64,000 bases of DNA from Tubulanus polymorphus (taxonomy: Eukaryota; Animalia; Nemertea). Position 1 is the stretch's first letter. Every line of letters begins with the position of its first letter. The notes under the pieces were generated by a model. That model did no database searches and was not told the origin of the DNA. It saw only the letters and a list, made by a program, of their open reading frames with translations. The stretch covers positions 12,447,263 to 12,511,262 of the forward strand of contig NC_134028.1 in NCBI RefSeq assembly GCF_964204645.1, written 5' to 3'. This document shows, piece by piece, positions 47,844 through 62,005 of the stretch. The position numbers and the translations under genes were made by a program.

Positions 47844-48968
47844 GATGTTTCTTTATGACACGATTTAAGCTGTTTGTGTGGACCGACAATTCTGTAATTT
47901 CACACAGGTATTCTCTACTTGATGTAGATGGTGCAGCTTGGTTTATATTTGATTCCGATGGTTATAAGTGCTCTAATTTGGTTAAAAGATAATTAACGTT
48001 ACTCGCTAGTTCAAGCCGCTGTATAGCGCGTTGCAACGACGACGCTCGATCAACATACTGGTACTCGCTGTGTAATACTGAACACGTATATACCTGTAGA
48101 TATTGATCGTACTAGCACCGGTTTTAGATAGCGCGCGCGCTGATCGGTCTTAACACTTCTCGGAACTGCTGTGCTAAATGCTGAGAGGCCGAATCTATGC
48201 GCAATCATTTATTGGGCTCGTCACATTTGATAGTGAATGGATAAATAACCGGTGTCAATGACGGTCGCTACTCCCCATCAGTATAACTCATCAGTATAAG
48301 AAATAATTCTTTCGAGTTTTTTTTTTCAATCCCCGAAGTTGTTGTTACTATGTTGACCTCGCCGTTTTATAAGCTTACCGATGATTCTTCTAGTATTTTC
48401 AGGGTCACAAGACATGACGAAGTCGCAAAGTTTTGTACAAATTTCACGAAACAAACAATTATTTAGGCGGCACCTGATCTATTGATTAATTATGATAAAT
48501 AATGTTTATTTCATTAAAAATTTGTTTTATTCAAACACTACTTTCATCGCACATAGCGTGATCAGTAGGCCCTACTATTCTACGGTAGGCCATGGACTCT
48601 TTCATGTGGTAGGCCTATTACAAATGAAACAATCCGCGTGTCCGTGAATAAGTGACACGTGGTGGGGCGGGTTGTGAGGAGCATCGAAACTAATCCGTCA
48701 CAAATAATAGATAGAAAACAATACCTTAAGAGGTTAACTTTTATTAACATCATTACCAAATCAAAACCTGCACATCCTATCATAAATAAAAATTCTAAGA
48801 ATTTATTTCAAAGAATAATAAATTACGTCTAAATTTTGGGATTCGAACTCGTAGCATCGATTCAGGTGCCTTTCCCAAAGCGGGTATCCCGCGGGGAAAA
48901 CCCATTACTATTTATATCGAGAATCGCCTTTTTGCGACAGCGCCACGGCGCTGGAGCATATTAAGTTG
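47755..48968 (+). mobile_element. Second HINE/DINE-like family element
   Basis: 5' TTTTTGATGGGTTTCGTCGTCAGACGAACCCATC hairpin, (TGTC)n microsatellite, 3' GAAAACCCAT inverse and CAGCGCCACGGCGCTG hairpin before TTAAGTT. Confidence 0.55.
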
Positions 48969-49969
48969 ATCGAACCACCTGGTGTCTTCCAATACCACCA
49001 CCTAGTGGGCTCAAATTCAAGTTCAAATATACTTTATTGATACTCATCAAATATACTTAATTGTTACTTTATTCAATACTTTATTGTTCCCAGTACTGCA
49101 AATACATCGGATTTCCGCAATTAAGTAGACAGAACACAAATAAAATCAAGAATCTTTTAGTATTCAGAAAACAACGTACATGTTATTTTTCAACTTTAAT
49201 TAGCAATGAGATAATTTTTTGCGACACTCACGGATGATGCGCATTCCCTTTCTGGAAGGCTGATCGGCTCTTCCCTGAAAAATTAATTTCTGAATCGACG
49301 TCCCGTAATGATGAATACTATTTTTAGATCACCTGATTTCAAAATTCAAAAATATAGATTTATATGAACCTTAGGTCTACCCTTGTAATTAACAAATTAT
49401 TCGAAAGCAAAGATCTTGCATTCGAGTTTATTCATTTTTTAAGCAGTTTCTTTATTTCAAGCTGCCGAATTGATTGTCTAAATCTCTTTGCTCTTCTCGG
49501 AACTTGTATTCAATTAAATTTTCTATTCTCATTCTACAATTTGTACGTGAATACTATCAACGGTAGCATTTGTTTCTTTTCATTTCGTTTTTCATAATGA
49601 TTTTGTAATATTTAAATCTTCATTTTATCGCGACGGGTGCTTCCGCTTTTAAACTGTTCGTTTGTTACTTCCGATTTTGTAATCTTCATTAATTTATTCA
49701 TTCTTTATGACTTCTCTCTCTCCAAAATCGGAATAATTGTATCCTTAGATACAATAGGATCTTGATTTTTAATGACTTCGCAAAACCACCTGTCGCAGTA
49801 TATTTCCTTTTAGAAATATACCTTGTTGACAGCGAGTTCGGTGAATGAAACAGAAACAATTACTCAGAAACCCATCATGGAAAATTTCTTTCTGGTTTTA
49901 TACCTGAGCCAGGTATTTTTGATCGGCCAATTATGACGCAATTGGCGGCCATCTTGGTATCATCAGAAC

Positions 49970-50502
49970 TCATTTGTAGGTGGGAAAAAGTTTTTCCACA
50001 TTATATTGATACCTAAGCATATTTTGTTACCACTATCAATTGCAAAGTGGTAGCTCATGACATCATCTATGATTGAGTTTTACAGACATTAGTTATTCTA
50101 TATGGTCACCAGGGGGCGTTGAATAGTAGAATAACTTAGTATTTCCTTATTAGATTGGTACCTAGGCATATTTTGTTACCATGATCAATTGCAAAGTTGT
50201 AGTTTATAACATGTTCTATGATTGCGGTGAGTTTTAAGGTCATAGGGTTTTGCATATGGTCACCAGGGGGCGTTGAATAGTAGAATTATTCAGTATTTCC
50301 ATGTTAAATTGGTAACGAGGCATATTTTGTTATCACAATCAATTACAAAATCGTAGCTGCTGACATGTTCTGTGATTATGGTGAGTTTCAAGGTCATTGG
50401 TTTTTGTATATGGTCACCAGGGGGCTTTGAATATTGAAATCGTTAGATTGTTGAGCATTTGAAACCACTTCCCAAGTGGGCATGGTGTCCCTGGACCCCT
50501 AG
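49970..50502 (+). mobile_element. 5'-truncated copy of the 43739-44540 HINE-like family
   Basis: Same internal repeats and identical 3' end ...CCCTGGACCCCTAGT. Confidence 0.75.
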
Positions 50503-51190
50503 TCATTACTAGTGAATTTTGATCAAAAAGGTGCGCCAATGTTTTGGCATTGACATGGGTGATTGGATTAAAGAACCTGCAAATATCTTCGCTTGATAGT
50601 CGATCAGTGATGAATGATTTGACTGCTTGCTGTCCAAATTTTTCAGCATTCAATAAGCTGTAGCAAATTTCTTTACTTGCAATGACATCAGAAGCTAAGG
50701 TTTGCATGACTCCATTTTCAGCTACGGAAACTTAATGGATTGGTAGCATATAATAATAAATAGTAGTTGTAGTGAGCACTGCTATTACGGTTACACTATT
50801 TTCAATCATACTATAGTCTAACTCACTTTGTACTTATAAGCAAAAATTCATAAAGACTAGTCTTTATGAATTTTTGTTATAAGTAATACCATGAGTTTCT
50901 TTACTGACTCAATGTCAAGATTAACCCGACCAGACAGTGCTTCCTTTCTAGTAGAGATACACGACTCTGCCTCTTTGTGCTCATCTCCATTTCCCAATTT
51001 TAGTTTGGTATGCGACATGCGTTCGAGAAGCCAGGGTAATGAAAACTGATTTCTTGTTCTTTCATTTCTGGATATACCAATGATACCGTTTGATGACTTG
51101 CAAACTCGGTTTACCTTAGTCAAAAGAAACCGTGTTGAAGAGGTTCCTACTCCTTTTCGCTACGAAATTTCCTTGAATGAATTCCCTATA
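50503..51190 (-). pseudogene. Remnant of a large invertebrate DNA-transposon-associated ORF
   Basis: EFIQGNFVAKRS..FNTVSFD, VNRVCKSSNGIIGISRN, LLNAEKFGQQAVKSFITDRL...FFNPI resemble a widespread repeat-encoded protein family; superfamily not assignable by eye. Confidence 0.45.
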
Positions 51191-51347
51191 AAAAAAAGCT
51201 ATAGTTTACCCATTTTAGTCACTCGAGCATAGCTCCCGCAAATATGCAAAAAACCTCCCTCTTTTGACTACGGTAGAAAACGGAGGAGCAATGCGGCCAA
51301 CAATATTTTATTTTCAGTCTAGTTTTCAACTTCAAAACGTTGTGTTT

Positions 51348-52490
51348 TCAACTTTTAAAAGTCCAAAAAGGTCCGAAAAGTCTGTGGTGAGAGCTAGACT
51401 TGCTGTGGATAGCTTCCGCCACTGACTTTATTCTGCAACAGACATAAACTATCCTAGGACCCATATTGACTTTACTAAGTGGCAGGTCTTTTTTCAAAAT
51501 AAGAAAAGTTTTTGACAATCTGATTAGTCTTTCAACTTGGATACGTTTGCTTGCTACTCTATGATAATGAACTTGCTCAGGTTCGAGTTGACTCTTGCCC
51601 TTCAATAAAGTTGGGGTGTTCACCTTAATGTTCTTGGTAGCAAAAAGATCTTGTACCATTATACCTCTATCGGCCATGATGCTGTCATTCAAGCTGAAGT
51701 ATTTTGAGGTGTTTGAACACAGCTGGGATCCTCCGATGATTTGTTGGTCACTTGTTGAACCCGCATAACTTTCACTTACGTAACGAACGAGCCCTCTCGG
51801 TGATATTCCAACCATAGTTTAAAGCATGTTTGTACGTGCTGAAAGTTGCAGTTTGAGATTTTACTTTTGACGGCTTTTCAATTGGAATCTCTGTAGCATC
51901 TAAAATAACTCTGGTTGACGGAAAATGATGCTTAGAGCCACTGGGCATGAAACAGTCTCTCTCTTCTCTATCTGGCCACATATTGATTTCACTGAATCGG
52001 AAATACATGAAGTTAACCCAGGTTAACACAATCCTGGAAACTACACTTTCTGATATGCCGAACAGAATAATGAGTTCTATATCTTCCTTAGCATGCTTAT
52101 TTGATAAATGTCAAGAAAAATTGATTGACTGGTATTAGTTTCTGACATTTGTAATTAAAATCGTATGATGCAGGTCCTAGCACACTGAAAAACATCATCA
52201 AATGTTCATAGTCTTTATAACTGGTGTAATATTTGATCGACCTAGGATCCGCTGTAAATCTCTCGATACAGAAAAATTGATCTGAAAGGAGGGAACACTG
52301 AATATTCTTATCCAAGATAGGATTTTTTTGGTTTACCTTTGTCAGCGCTATGAGGATGGCATTTAGCCAATTCATGTAAAATCGTGGTACGTTTTTTTAT
52401 GTGAGCATTTTTTTCATTGGTTCTCGGGTTAAACAATGTATAATCGATGCGATTGAAGACGTGACGAACCTCCATCGATGAAATGGTCAC
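51348..52490 (-). pseudogene. PIF/Harbinger (ISL2EU/HARBI1-like, DDE_Tnp_4) transposase, multiple frameshifts
   Basis: VILDATEIPIEKPS...TFSTYKH, VGISPRG..YVSESYAGSTSD, IMADRG, ASKRIQVERLI. Confidence 0.9.
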
Positions 52491-53541
52491 CTTTATTTAA
52501 ATTCGACGAAAAACTGTTTTTGATATACAGGGAATTCCAGCGCTACTAAAATAATTATGGGAAAGCCATTAATGGCGAACGTTTCATTGGACTGGTGCCG
52601 TATATGTGCGAATTTTAAATGCTCATTGCTGGTGAGAATATAATTATTTCACATATCGCCATAGGTATTGTTTCATTTGATTACCCAGTGATTGAGATTG
52701 AAGTGAAGCAAACATTCACTACACAAGGCCTCCACGTCCGCAAGAGTGCTGAACATTAGACTGTTGCACACACTAGCACACGCTCATACAGAATACTATA
52801 TGGTGATGCTGGAACGCTGCTTGGCGCGTGCACGTTTGGTATGATAACAGGCTGAATAATCGTTGTAGCAGAAGATGAGACCTGTGTTTTCTGTTAGATA
52901 GAATTTGTAATAAATTGTAATTTCTTGTGACCTGAAAATACTAAGCAGCAAACTATAGCTGTATAGGTCGAGGTCTGAATATTGTAGTGGTAAATTCCAG
53001 GATTTAAAACGATCTAATATTATGCTGCGGTGTGGTAGCTTCCGCGGCCATACATCGGAAAAGGTCTCGTTCCCAAGACTCAATATTCAGCCACCCTCTG
53101 ATATGTGACATCATATGAATTTTATTTGAATATTTTTTCATATTGTAAAAAATATTTTTTTGACAATATGAAATAGTTTCCCTGCCGCGCCTGCCTGTAC
53201 CCTATGAAATTTTGGACGTAGTCCATAAACAAATGTTTATCTTCGGTCTTATTAGACTACAAAATAATTCTTTAAGAAAGATAAAATACAAAATAATCTT
53301 CTAGAACTTTGAAGTCACAAATTAAAAAGATTTTTCAAGCAATGCCCTTCCTCCAAACAACCTCTAGGTTTCAAGGTAAACCAAACTTTGCCCATGGGCA
53401 ATTAATTATTGGTTGGTTCCTCTACTATTTCCATTCTGTAATTGCTGGTAAGTTGTAAGCTACACGAATCCCATGAATTGCAACTGCGTTCATAGGAGGT
53501 ACTTGTACCGGCTTTGTTGCCTTTACTAGCTCTTCCTCTAC

Positions 53542-54233
53542 TTACGCCATAGACTGAACGCATACCTTCCCAGGTAGAGGTAACTCATCTGTGAGATAGC
53601 ATACTCGTTTTAAGATATTCATGCCTATGACAACCGGTACTACACGGTAATATTCGGTTTCTGGCACAACCAGCGACAATACCTCAATCTCTCTATTTCC
53701 GATATCGAGTGTCATGACAGAACAACCGAGATAGGGCAACTTATGGCCTGCAGCCATCAAGACATTCAAGATCCGCTCCAAAGGGTACACTGCCGCACCT
53801 ATCTGTTGCACAAATGATTCCGACCTCGTTGACACCATGGCTTCAGTGTCAATCAGGGCCTTACAACTAACGCTATTTACATGAACCTCCGTTTCACTGG
53901 ACGGTCCCAATAATCCATCTAACAATTCCTCGCGTGACGCATCTGATGGGGATTTAATTTCTGACTTGGGCTCTTCTCCAATGCGGGATCCAACGCGCCC
54001 AGAACGCTGATCCCTTACAAGTTTAACGGCGGTTGCCCTTTCCCACAGTCCTGAAAGGAGTGATGGCCAACAACTTTACATTTGTAACAAGTGTAAGTGG
54101 GCGGAGGATGATGCAACCCCATGTCGTTTCTCCACTGCGGACACTCCCTGACAAAATGACCAGGTAGGCCTAAGTCCCATTTAAAATATCGCTTTGACAA
54201 TATCGGTGGAACAGGGTAAACCAAAACCTTCAT
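53542..54233 (-). pseudogene. Gypsy-like LTR retrotransposon gag zinc knuckles and aspartic protease remnant
   Basis: GHFVREC and CYKCKVVGH knuckles; LLGPSSETEVHVNSVSCKALIDTEAMVST (degenerate DTG), AAGHKLPYLG, PVVIGMNIL. Confidence 0.85.
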
Positions 54234-54398
54234 ATCAGCCTGACTCCATCTTCTACACCAAACCTGAACTGCTCAACCACTCAATCTACATGATCGACTC
54301 GCTTATTTAACCACTGTATTTCAAGTTGGAACCCATTCAATTTCCTAACTACAACATCCAACTTTGCTGCTACATCTTCTAACGAAACTGAACTCTTA

Positions 54399-54776
54399 AT
54401 TTTTAGCCCATTTAGGCTATCAAGCGTCCATGAGCATGCGAAAAATTGGGTCGATCGGACTCAAGATGGCTGTCCTGTGACCTTTTTTGTGCCCATAAAT
54501 GTCCATTTTTGCCTGAATTCTGAGTATATGGCCACCGGGGGTGTTGAATAATACAATAACTTAGTATTTCTATATTATATTTGTACCTATGCAAATTTTG
54601 TTACCACAATCAATTGCGAAGCTGTAGCTCATGACATGGTCTATGATTGTGGTGAGTTTTAAGAACATTAGTTATTCTATATGGTCACCATGGGGGTTTG
54701 AATATTGAAATTGTTAGATTGTTGAGCATTGGAAACCACTTCCCAAGTGGGCATGGTGTCCCTGGACCCCTAGTTT
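54399..54776 (+). mobile_element. Third copy of the HINE-like family
   Basis: TTTTTAGCCCAT start, internal repeat units, same 3' end ...GGACCCCTAGTTTT. Confidence 0.7.
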
Positions 54777-57523
54777 TGAAATAGATCAGTGTATTGACTT
54801 ATCAATCTACAAATAGTGCTGGCGGCATATAAATTGTATAATGTCGAAAAAATTGGCGTTGGTAATGGCGACCAGACCTTCACCGCTAGGTGGCAGCGAA
54901 TGTGTTAAAAAGATTTAACGGGACTGTATTCTGTTCCATTCAATTTCATTTTTGTCAATTCCAGGTATTCTATCATAGGAGAAATTCTGCGAAAGCCGTT
55001 GTCCTTTCGGAGTTTTCATTATGTGTCATGGTATTTTGCAAGAAGTCAAATTGGAGACATGGTAGGGTGCAAATTATTATCTTATAGCATTATCTGTATT
55101 GTTTAGATAAAGTTGGCCTATATACACCTCAGTTAATCTGTATCACTGGGTACTGAGCGTTTTAGTATGGATTTTATGACGTACAGTAATCGTATCATAT
55201 CAACTATGTATGTAGATTGATGAACTACTGGTGTTGCAAAGAATATGTCAATATGTCATGGGGATTCAGATATTTGAAAATTTAAGCAATAGATAATGCC
55301 ATTTCAACAGAGGGATCTTTAAAAACATTTCATACAGACTCCAATCTTGCTAATCATTTTCAGGAGAATAATCATTTGCCCCAATTGTTTTAGTAAAATA
55401 TTACCAAAAAAATTTCTATCTGAGCGATTCTTGATGTTTTAATGTGAATCGAAAGTGTTAGTTAAAATCATTTCAGGAAAATTTAATAGGGATTATGATA
55501 ATAGGGGTTATAATAAATTGAAAGGGGCCAGAAGGTTCTAGCGGCTTATAAGCCCTGACAAAAAGAATTTTAGGACTATTGTTTTGTTTGTAGGTCTAAA
55601 TAATTAAGTCTTATTCTGTGACCTTCTACGAGGAAAGACAAACACATGCTGGTAAAAAACGGTCATTTTTAGCATTGGTTGACGTCTATGACGTCATGCC
55701 TATGCTAGTTAAATGGAGCGAAAGTCGTAGTAAAAAAAAAGCGCTGACATTTCTCATTTTCATGATAGCTTCAAATTGTAACTCCATTCTCGTAAAACAT
55801 TAGACACAGCTGAAAATGACTCAAAATAATGTTTAAATTAATCCCTACAAGATAGCATTGCTGGACTTCTGATTAATTGGCCCAAAAAGTTATTCTATTG
55901 CATTTTTAGGCCAGTCGCAGGCTGAGCCTATTACTATACAAATAGAGCGAATCTAAATGACATGGTTTCCAGAGTAAAGGCTCTTTGACTGTGCAACTGA
56001 GCATATTATCATACAAATCATTCATTAAAGCATTATCCATTCTCGAAACTCTACTGAATTTTGAAAGAAGGTCTTGTTAAAAGTTATATGAGCTTTTTCA
56101 CGAAAATCTGATCTGAATTTGTATTTAATATCGATTTCCATGAAATCTTTAGTTGATTTGGTTTTTGGGAGGAATATTTTTATTTGGACTTCAGAAAATA
56201 TCATTGACAATTGGGAAAAAATAGCTTTTTCTTAAGTCGGAGGGATGACGTTGATATGCTAATAAGCCATGTGCGCTAACTGCAGATTCAATCAAATTTT
56301 ATTCTGCAAAAAATATCAAATCCAATTCAGTTTTACTTTATTGAACAAGGTAAAACAGTCAATCCAATTCAATTTTGTTTTATTGAACAAATTTCAGAAA
56401 ATTCAATTCTATTCCACATTCAAATCGGAAAAATCATTCAAAGGGAAAAGATTTATCTGAGGTATTTGTTCCTCCCAGCTCCAGTCGCTCTCTGTGCTAC
56501 TTATGAAAATGCGATTGAATCATGTAAATTATTAGCCCCGGATTGACTAAGTCTATGAGCTGAGAGTGTATTTGGACACATTTAACCCACAGAATGCAAC
56601 ATTTGCCATTTTATAAAAATCTGACCGGCTGGCCATGGTGCCCCTTGGGGCTCTTGTTCTCATTAGTTATGTGGTAGATGAGGTGGTTTAAGCAATCGCG
56701 TAGTGATATGTCCGCATTGACATTGGCAGTGAAGAATGGGGAATGGCCTCTTTTGAATAGAAAAACACAAATTTATGTAACCCCGGTATATAAATATCAT
56801 AGTCTTTAGATATCACTGTTATTCCTCCTATTAGAACCAATGAGATTAATTGGGATTAATTCTCAGTGGCAGAATACATATTTCTAGAGCAGTGGATCGG
56901 TTGGCCTACTCATGACTGAAACCCCTATAGGTAAGTTATGTGATCATGCAGGACCACCTTTACTAAGGTTAATACCATTTCACGATGACACGAAACACCA
57001 AACAGTAAACAGTACCACCCAACCATGATACGATATCACCAATTAAGATTATTTATTCAATTTCACCATAATTGTTTATTGGAGGAAAATATCATTGTTA
57101 AGTACGCCGAGAATAACCATCTTGTATCATCAATCAGTTGACTGACAGTTTATTGTAAAATTCCATCAGTTCGGGTCCCACTTAACAAGGCTACAACCAA
57201 TTTTGTGCAGCATATGAAAAAGTGCTGGGCCGATTCGGGCGGCTTGATGAGTAATAGTGCGGATACGCGTAGATACAGACTTCTTATAATGTTACTTTTA
57301 CTTGGAGGTGTTTATCATAGATTCCTAAATATTTGTCAGATAAATCTGAAACAAGTACCGAAATAGAATAATTTTTACATGTGGCAGATTTATAGTCTGC
57401 GTTAGTAGATAAAAGCATCAAACAACAACTTCTGGGATTCTTACTACAACGTTGCCGTCTGGCGGTTAGAGAAATACCACGCACACAAGAAAACAACATT
57501 ATGAACATCTTTAAATACTATAG

Positions 57524-58087
57524 CAGAGCTGCCAACCCTCCTACACTTTGCGGGACAGTCACAGAATTTCATCGTTTGTCCCACTGTCCTGGGAAGCATT
57601 AAAATGTCACGGATTATCAAACAATTAGCTTTTGTTGCGGAAATTGTGACGGTTTTATTAATTTCAATGGAAAGTTGGCTCTTTTTCGCTAGCAGTATAT
57701 GTAATCGATATATGTTGCGAGTGAATATAACAAGGCGAGTGTTTACTGTGGCGCTACCAGTCAGTACTCTGACATGATATAATATGGCAAGTGAACACTG
57801 GCGCTAGCAGACGGTACCCAGGAATGATTTAATATGGCAAGTGAACACTGTGGAGCTAGCAGTCAGTTCTTAACTTTCCCACGTATTGATTTAGATTTCC
57901 AGTCCGTGAATTTTAAGGAACATTCATTCATGATGCAGCTCTCTTCACCTGGGCATAAGATAAGTGCCAGATTTTAAGTTAAAAAGCTGAAATGCTAAAA
58001 TTTTTGGATGTCCCTGAAAATTGATGGCTGTCCCGAAAAATGGGGATCTCTGTCTCTCAAAACAATTTTTAGGGGTTGGCAGCTCTG
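57524..58087. mobile_element. hAT-like MITE
   Basis: CAGAGCTGCCAACCC / GGGTTGGCAGCTCTG 15-bp TIRs; TSD not evident. Confidence 0.7.
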
Positions 58088-58252
58088 CTATCGAAATCCG
58101 GCTGCGGATCATTATCTAGCTTTATTATATGAAGGCGGAATTGAAATTTTGCTGAACTAGCAAACATTTTAAATTTTACATGATTGGAGCATGAGAAATA
58201 TCGTTTCAATAGCATATTCGCATATGTGGATGATTTGTTTATCTTATTTTAG

Positions 58253-58912
58253 GATAAGAATGTTCGTTATGATCAAAGAAGGGAATCAAATACATTAGTC
58301 AGCCCTGTTCGTACAATGGCCACGATGAAAAAATCAAGAAAGTTTATTGGTCTTCATGACAAGGACAGTATGAATCATGAGGAAAACTTGATCTATGTGA
58401 ATTCATCAAAACAATACATTTATTGGTGCAATTTGCTATTGCACCCATTATCAATTCTTGGTGGATGCAATAGTTCTTACAGCGTGTGGAAAATGTACTG
58501 CGATCCGACAATCACGGATATATTGACCGATGAATGTTTGACACATTTACTGATTCCATTTATGGCAGTATTTTTACTTTCAAATACGCGTGGACTTGCT
58601 CATCGAATGATTTTACGCATGTATTACAATGAAAAAACTGGCAGATTTACTGCTTTCACACTAGACTGGCTTACTGTTTTTCAAAGGAAGTTTATATTTA
58701 CGAGAGCTGATACATTATCACGTCATGGCTCGAAAACATTGTTAACATTTCGAGGAAACATCATTATAAAAGGAAAAAAATTTTTCTTGGCCCATTCAGA
58801 TTTCCGAAGTCCAGAATATTATAATTCACTTATGGGTTGGGATCAGGTTACTGATCAAATGGATGACAACTTTGACCATGTAAATAAAATATTTGGAAAT
58901 AAGAAAAATTGA
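58253..58912 (+). CDS. Terminal coding exon of a probable host TMEM70-like mitochondrial membrane protein
   Basis: Acceptor CTTATTTTAG at 58252 is in frame with ORF 58316-58912. Two hydrophobic segments, then ILRMYYNEKTGRFTAFT...DFRSPEYYNSLMGWD, resembling TMEM70-family VLRLYY...Y.HLMGYD. Confidence 0.6.
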   Translation, partial: DKNVRYDQRRESNTLVSPVRTMATMKKSRKFIGLHDKDSMNHEENLIYVNSSKQYIYWCNLLLHPLSILGGCNSSYSVWKMYCDPTITDILTDECLTHLLIPFMAVFLLSNTRGLAHRMILRMYYNEKTGRFTAFTLDWLTVFQRKFIFTRADTLSRHGSKTLLTFRGNIIIKGKKFFLAHSDFRSPEYYNSLMGWDQVTDQMDDNFDHVNKIFGNKKN

Positions 58913-60994
58913 TTCAGAGAAAAAAAATATATTTCAAATCTTTTAAATCATTTGGGATGTGAGTCCCAGCTGACTATAGCGTTCACTATTCACTTAAGTT
59001 GCCCATCTTCGTCCATCTGTCTGTCTTAAGATTGAGATTGACCTATTATTGAGGGAACTTTTGAAAGACACTAGCTTGATCAGAATTTAGATGGATGGCT
59101 GGCAGCCATTGTTGTTTGCTGAAATAAGCAGTTTTAAATGTTTTTGAAATTTTGAAGGGAATTTATTATTACACTTCAATCTCGATCTTCAACATATTTT
59201 TGTAACCTCCCCTCCCCAAAAAATAAGGTTGTTGATAGTACTCGAGATGAAAATCCCATGTTCTTTTTAGCCTGCTTGCAACTTTAGTCCCATCCCAGTG
59301 GGCTATTGTGTTCAATGTTCGTCTGTCCGTTCGTCCGTAGACGAAATCCAGTTATTTTTACACATTATTGGCTTACATTTGTGGTCAACGGTCTGTATGT
59401 TCGTTTCCGGTCATTTCTCCAAAATGACTAAGGGTAGGTAGGCAGGAAAAAAATTTTATCTTGGGAAAAAATTTTTTCTGTACATCGTGGTAATGTCATG
59501 TGCTGTAAAGAGAGAATGTGACAAGAAAGAGGGTGTGCGATGCAGAAAGTAGTGTAACAGAGCGGAGGGTGTCAATGAATTCCTCTCGTGTTTCTTCCAT
59601 CTAATTGGATACCATGAAATTTATCCTTAATTCCAATGGTAAAACTCCTCAAAGCATAAATCACAAAAAATATATTTGCTACACAAAATAAAATTTTTTA
59701 TTGCATCAATTGATTCACTGCTTTTGACAGACATAGAGTATACACCTTTCTCGTAAAGATGGCAGCAGCGGTCAATAATTTACTCGTGACGTCATCTGGT
59801 GAGCGATCACTTCCGGGTTGCTGGCGCTGGCGGTTCGTCGTTGTAGATTTATAACCAGTCAACTTACACGATGGATGCAAGTCAGTACGGTACAGCCTAG
59901 ATAAAACTTCCCATAAAACGCGTTTAAACCGTGGTTAAAACAAGATTATCTTACACGCAGTTGCAACTTTGTTGCGCGCTTGTTCCAGGCGAGTGCGTAT
60001 AAGACGCGCCTAAATCGCGTGTTAAAAGTCGCGACTATTTTGCCCTCTCGCGTTTAATCGCGATGAACAAATTATCAATTAAATTTTATTCAGTATCATC
60101 ATATGTAAGTGCCACCTGCGGCAAGTGTAGTCATCAATAATGTTCAATTCAATTCAAGGTCATCGTTAAATCTTGTGGATCCGGAAATAAAATTTACAAT
60201 CAAAGGTGGTATGATGGCAGAAATACGTAATATATGATATGAATTCATAGTGTTGTAGGAAACATATGTTAACCCTGACTATTTGTTACAACAACGGCTA
60301 ATAAAATCGGATCTGCAGTTTTACCAGCAGGTATCTACAGGTAAGGTAACTTTCACGTGTTGATGTTATTGTTAGTTAGGACTGTTGCTTTTTTATGTTG
60401 GTTTCCTCATGATGTCGATCGGATACTTTCACACACATCCGATTATAATAGAAGCTTACCACCAAAATACCATGATGAGGTAACTAACTACGAAACAGGC
60501 TGCCTACACATTTATTTTTGTTTGTGATCAATACCATTTTAATATTGGATAGGGCCTCCTCGCTTGCCAGGGTTCGATGCCAACTACAACTACGTGGTAA
60601 AACCCTGACAATCAGCAATTATTTCCATTGCCTGAGATTAGGCAATATATTTTTGCAATAGGCCTATCCTATTTGAAAATGTGAATTCATAACCCCTATT
60701 GCCCCCCCCCCGGTGTATTGTCTTAAGGCAGCTACGTAATAAACTGGTGGGCCACACAGGCCTCAATCAGCTCGCACTCGTAGGTGGCGTAATAGAAGGA
60801 ACTGCAATGAATCAAACCCTGGCAACCATGGATGATACATAAGTGCGATAAGTCAATCAACTTCAACACAAATTAGTTTTATTCCTCATTCCTTTTTGTG
60901 GTATCATTTCTTCAATCGTTGATCTTGGATAGTCATTCATCATATTTTTTTACTCACTTTCAGTTTTGCAACCAGACTGCCAGTGCTTGTTAGA

Positions 60995-62005
60995 ATGGGT
61001 AGGCTGTCTTTATATGAGCGACAAAGAGCTAGTACTCTTTGGGAACAACCAAATTCAACACTGTCTACAGTTCATAGTGCCCTAGCTCAGGAAGAAATAG
61101 TGATTAGCAAGAAAGGATTGCGGCAATTGATCCAGAAAATTCAAACTACCAATAGTGTTTTGGATCTACCTAAAACTGGTAGAAAACCAAAATTAGGATT
61201 ACATCATTTAAGTTTTATTGACCGTTTTATGAGACAGGATCCTGAGCGTACTGCAAGGGAAGTTCAACGTGCACTTCAACTGAATTACGACATTCAATTT
61301 TCGATTTCTAGCATCAAACGTGTCAGAAGAAATCTCGGATGGCGCTATTCTGGAACGAGATATTGCCAATTGGTTAGGCATGTCAACACTATTGTGAGAT
61401 ATACTTTTGCTGTACATTGCTTGGCAGTTAATGAGACCTTTTCAGATGTAATCTTCACCGATGAATGTAGTGTTCCTCTAGGACAGAATGTTGGCAAATG
61501 TTTTCGAAAAGTTGGCGAACCCAGGCAACTAATCCCTCGACCAAAGCATCCGCTTAAAGTAAGTGATTTAAGTGGCAAACACATTATTGTATTCAAATAA
61601 ATTCTTAGATTTCATACCGAAGTTCAGAGTGTTCGCTCATCTGATTGCAATATTCACAATCGTTTAACAGAGCCAATCGCTGGCGAGCTTTAAATAATGT
61701 TTATTTGACGATCAATACTTGATTTTCTGGATGTCACATACAACTTGATTGTCTTTAGTCTCAGCGGGTTATTGCGTTCAATTTAGCTGATAGGTGGCAA
61801 GTGTGTGCAGAATTGAGTTAAAATAGCATTTTAATCGTTGATTTTTCAGCTTCATGTTTGGGCTGGTATTTCCATGCGAGGATGTACAAATATCTGCATA
61901 TTTGAAGGTATAATGGATTCAGACTTCTACCAACACATACTCGAAACCCATCTCATACCATTCATTCAGGTTCCAGCAAGACAATGATCCTAAGCACACA
62001 TCCAG
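60995..62005 (+). pseudogene. Tc1/mariner (IS630-Tc1) transposase with a spliceosomal intron; 3' part deleted
   Basis: HTH region with TGRKPKL, VIFTDEC (D1), PKHPLK|GTAAGT intron 61559-61849 TTTTCAG|LHVWAGIS..., FQQDNDPKHTS (D2, after a small deletion). Confidence 0.88.
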
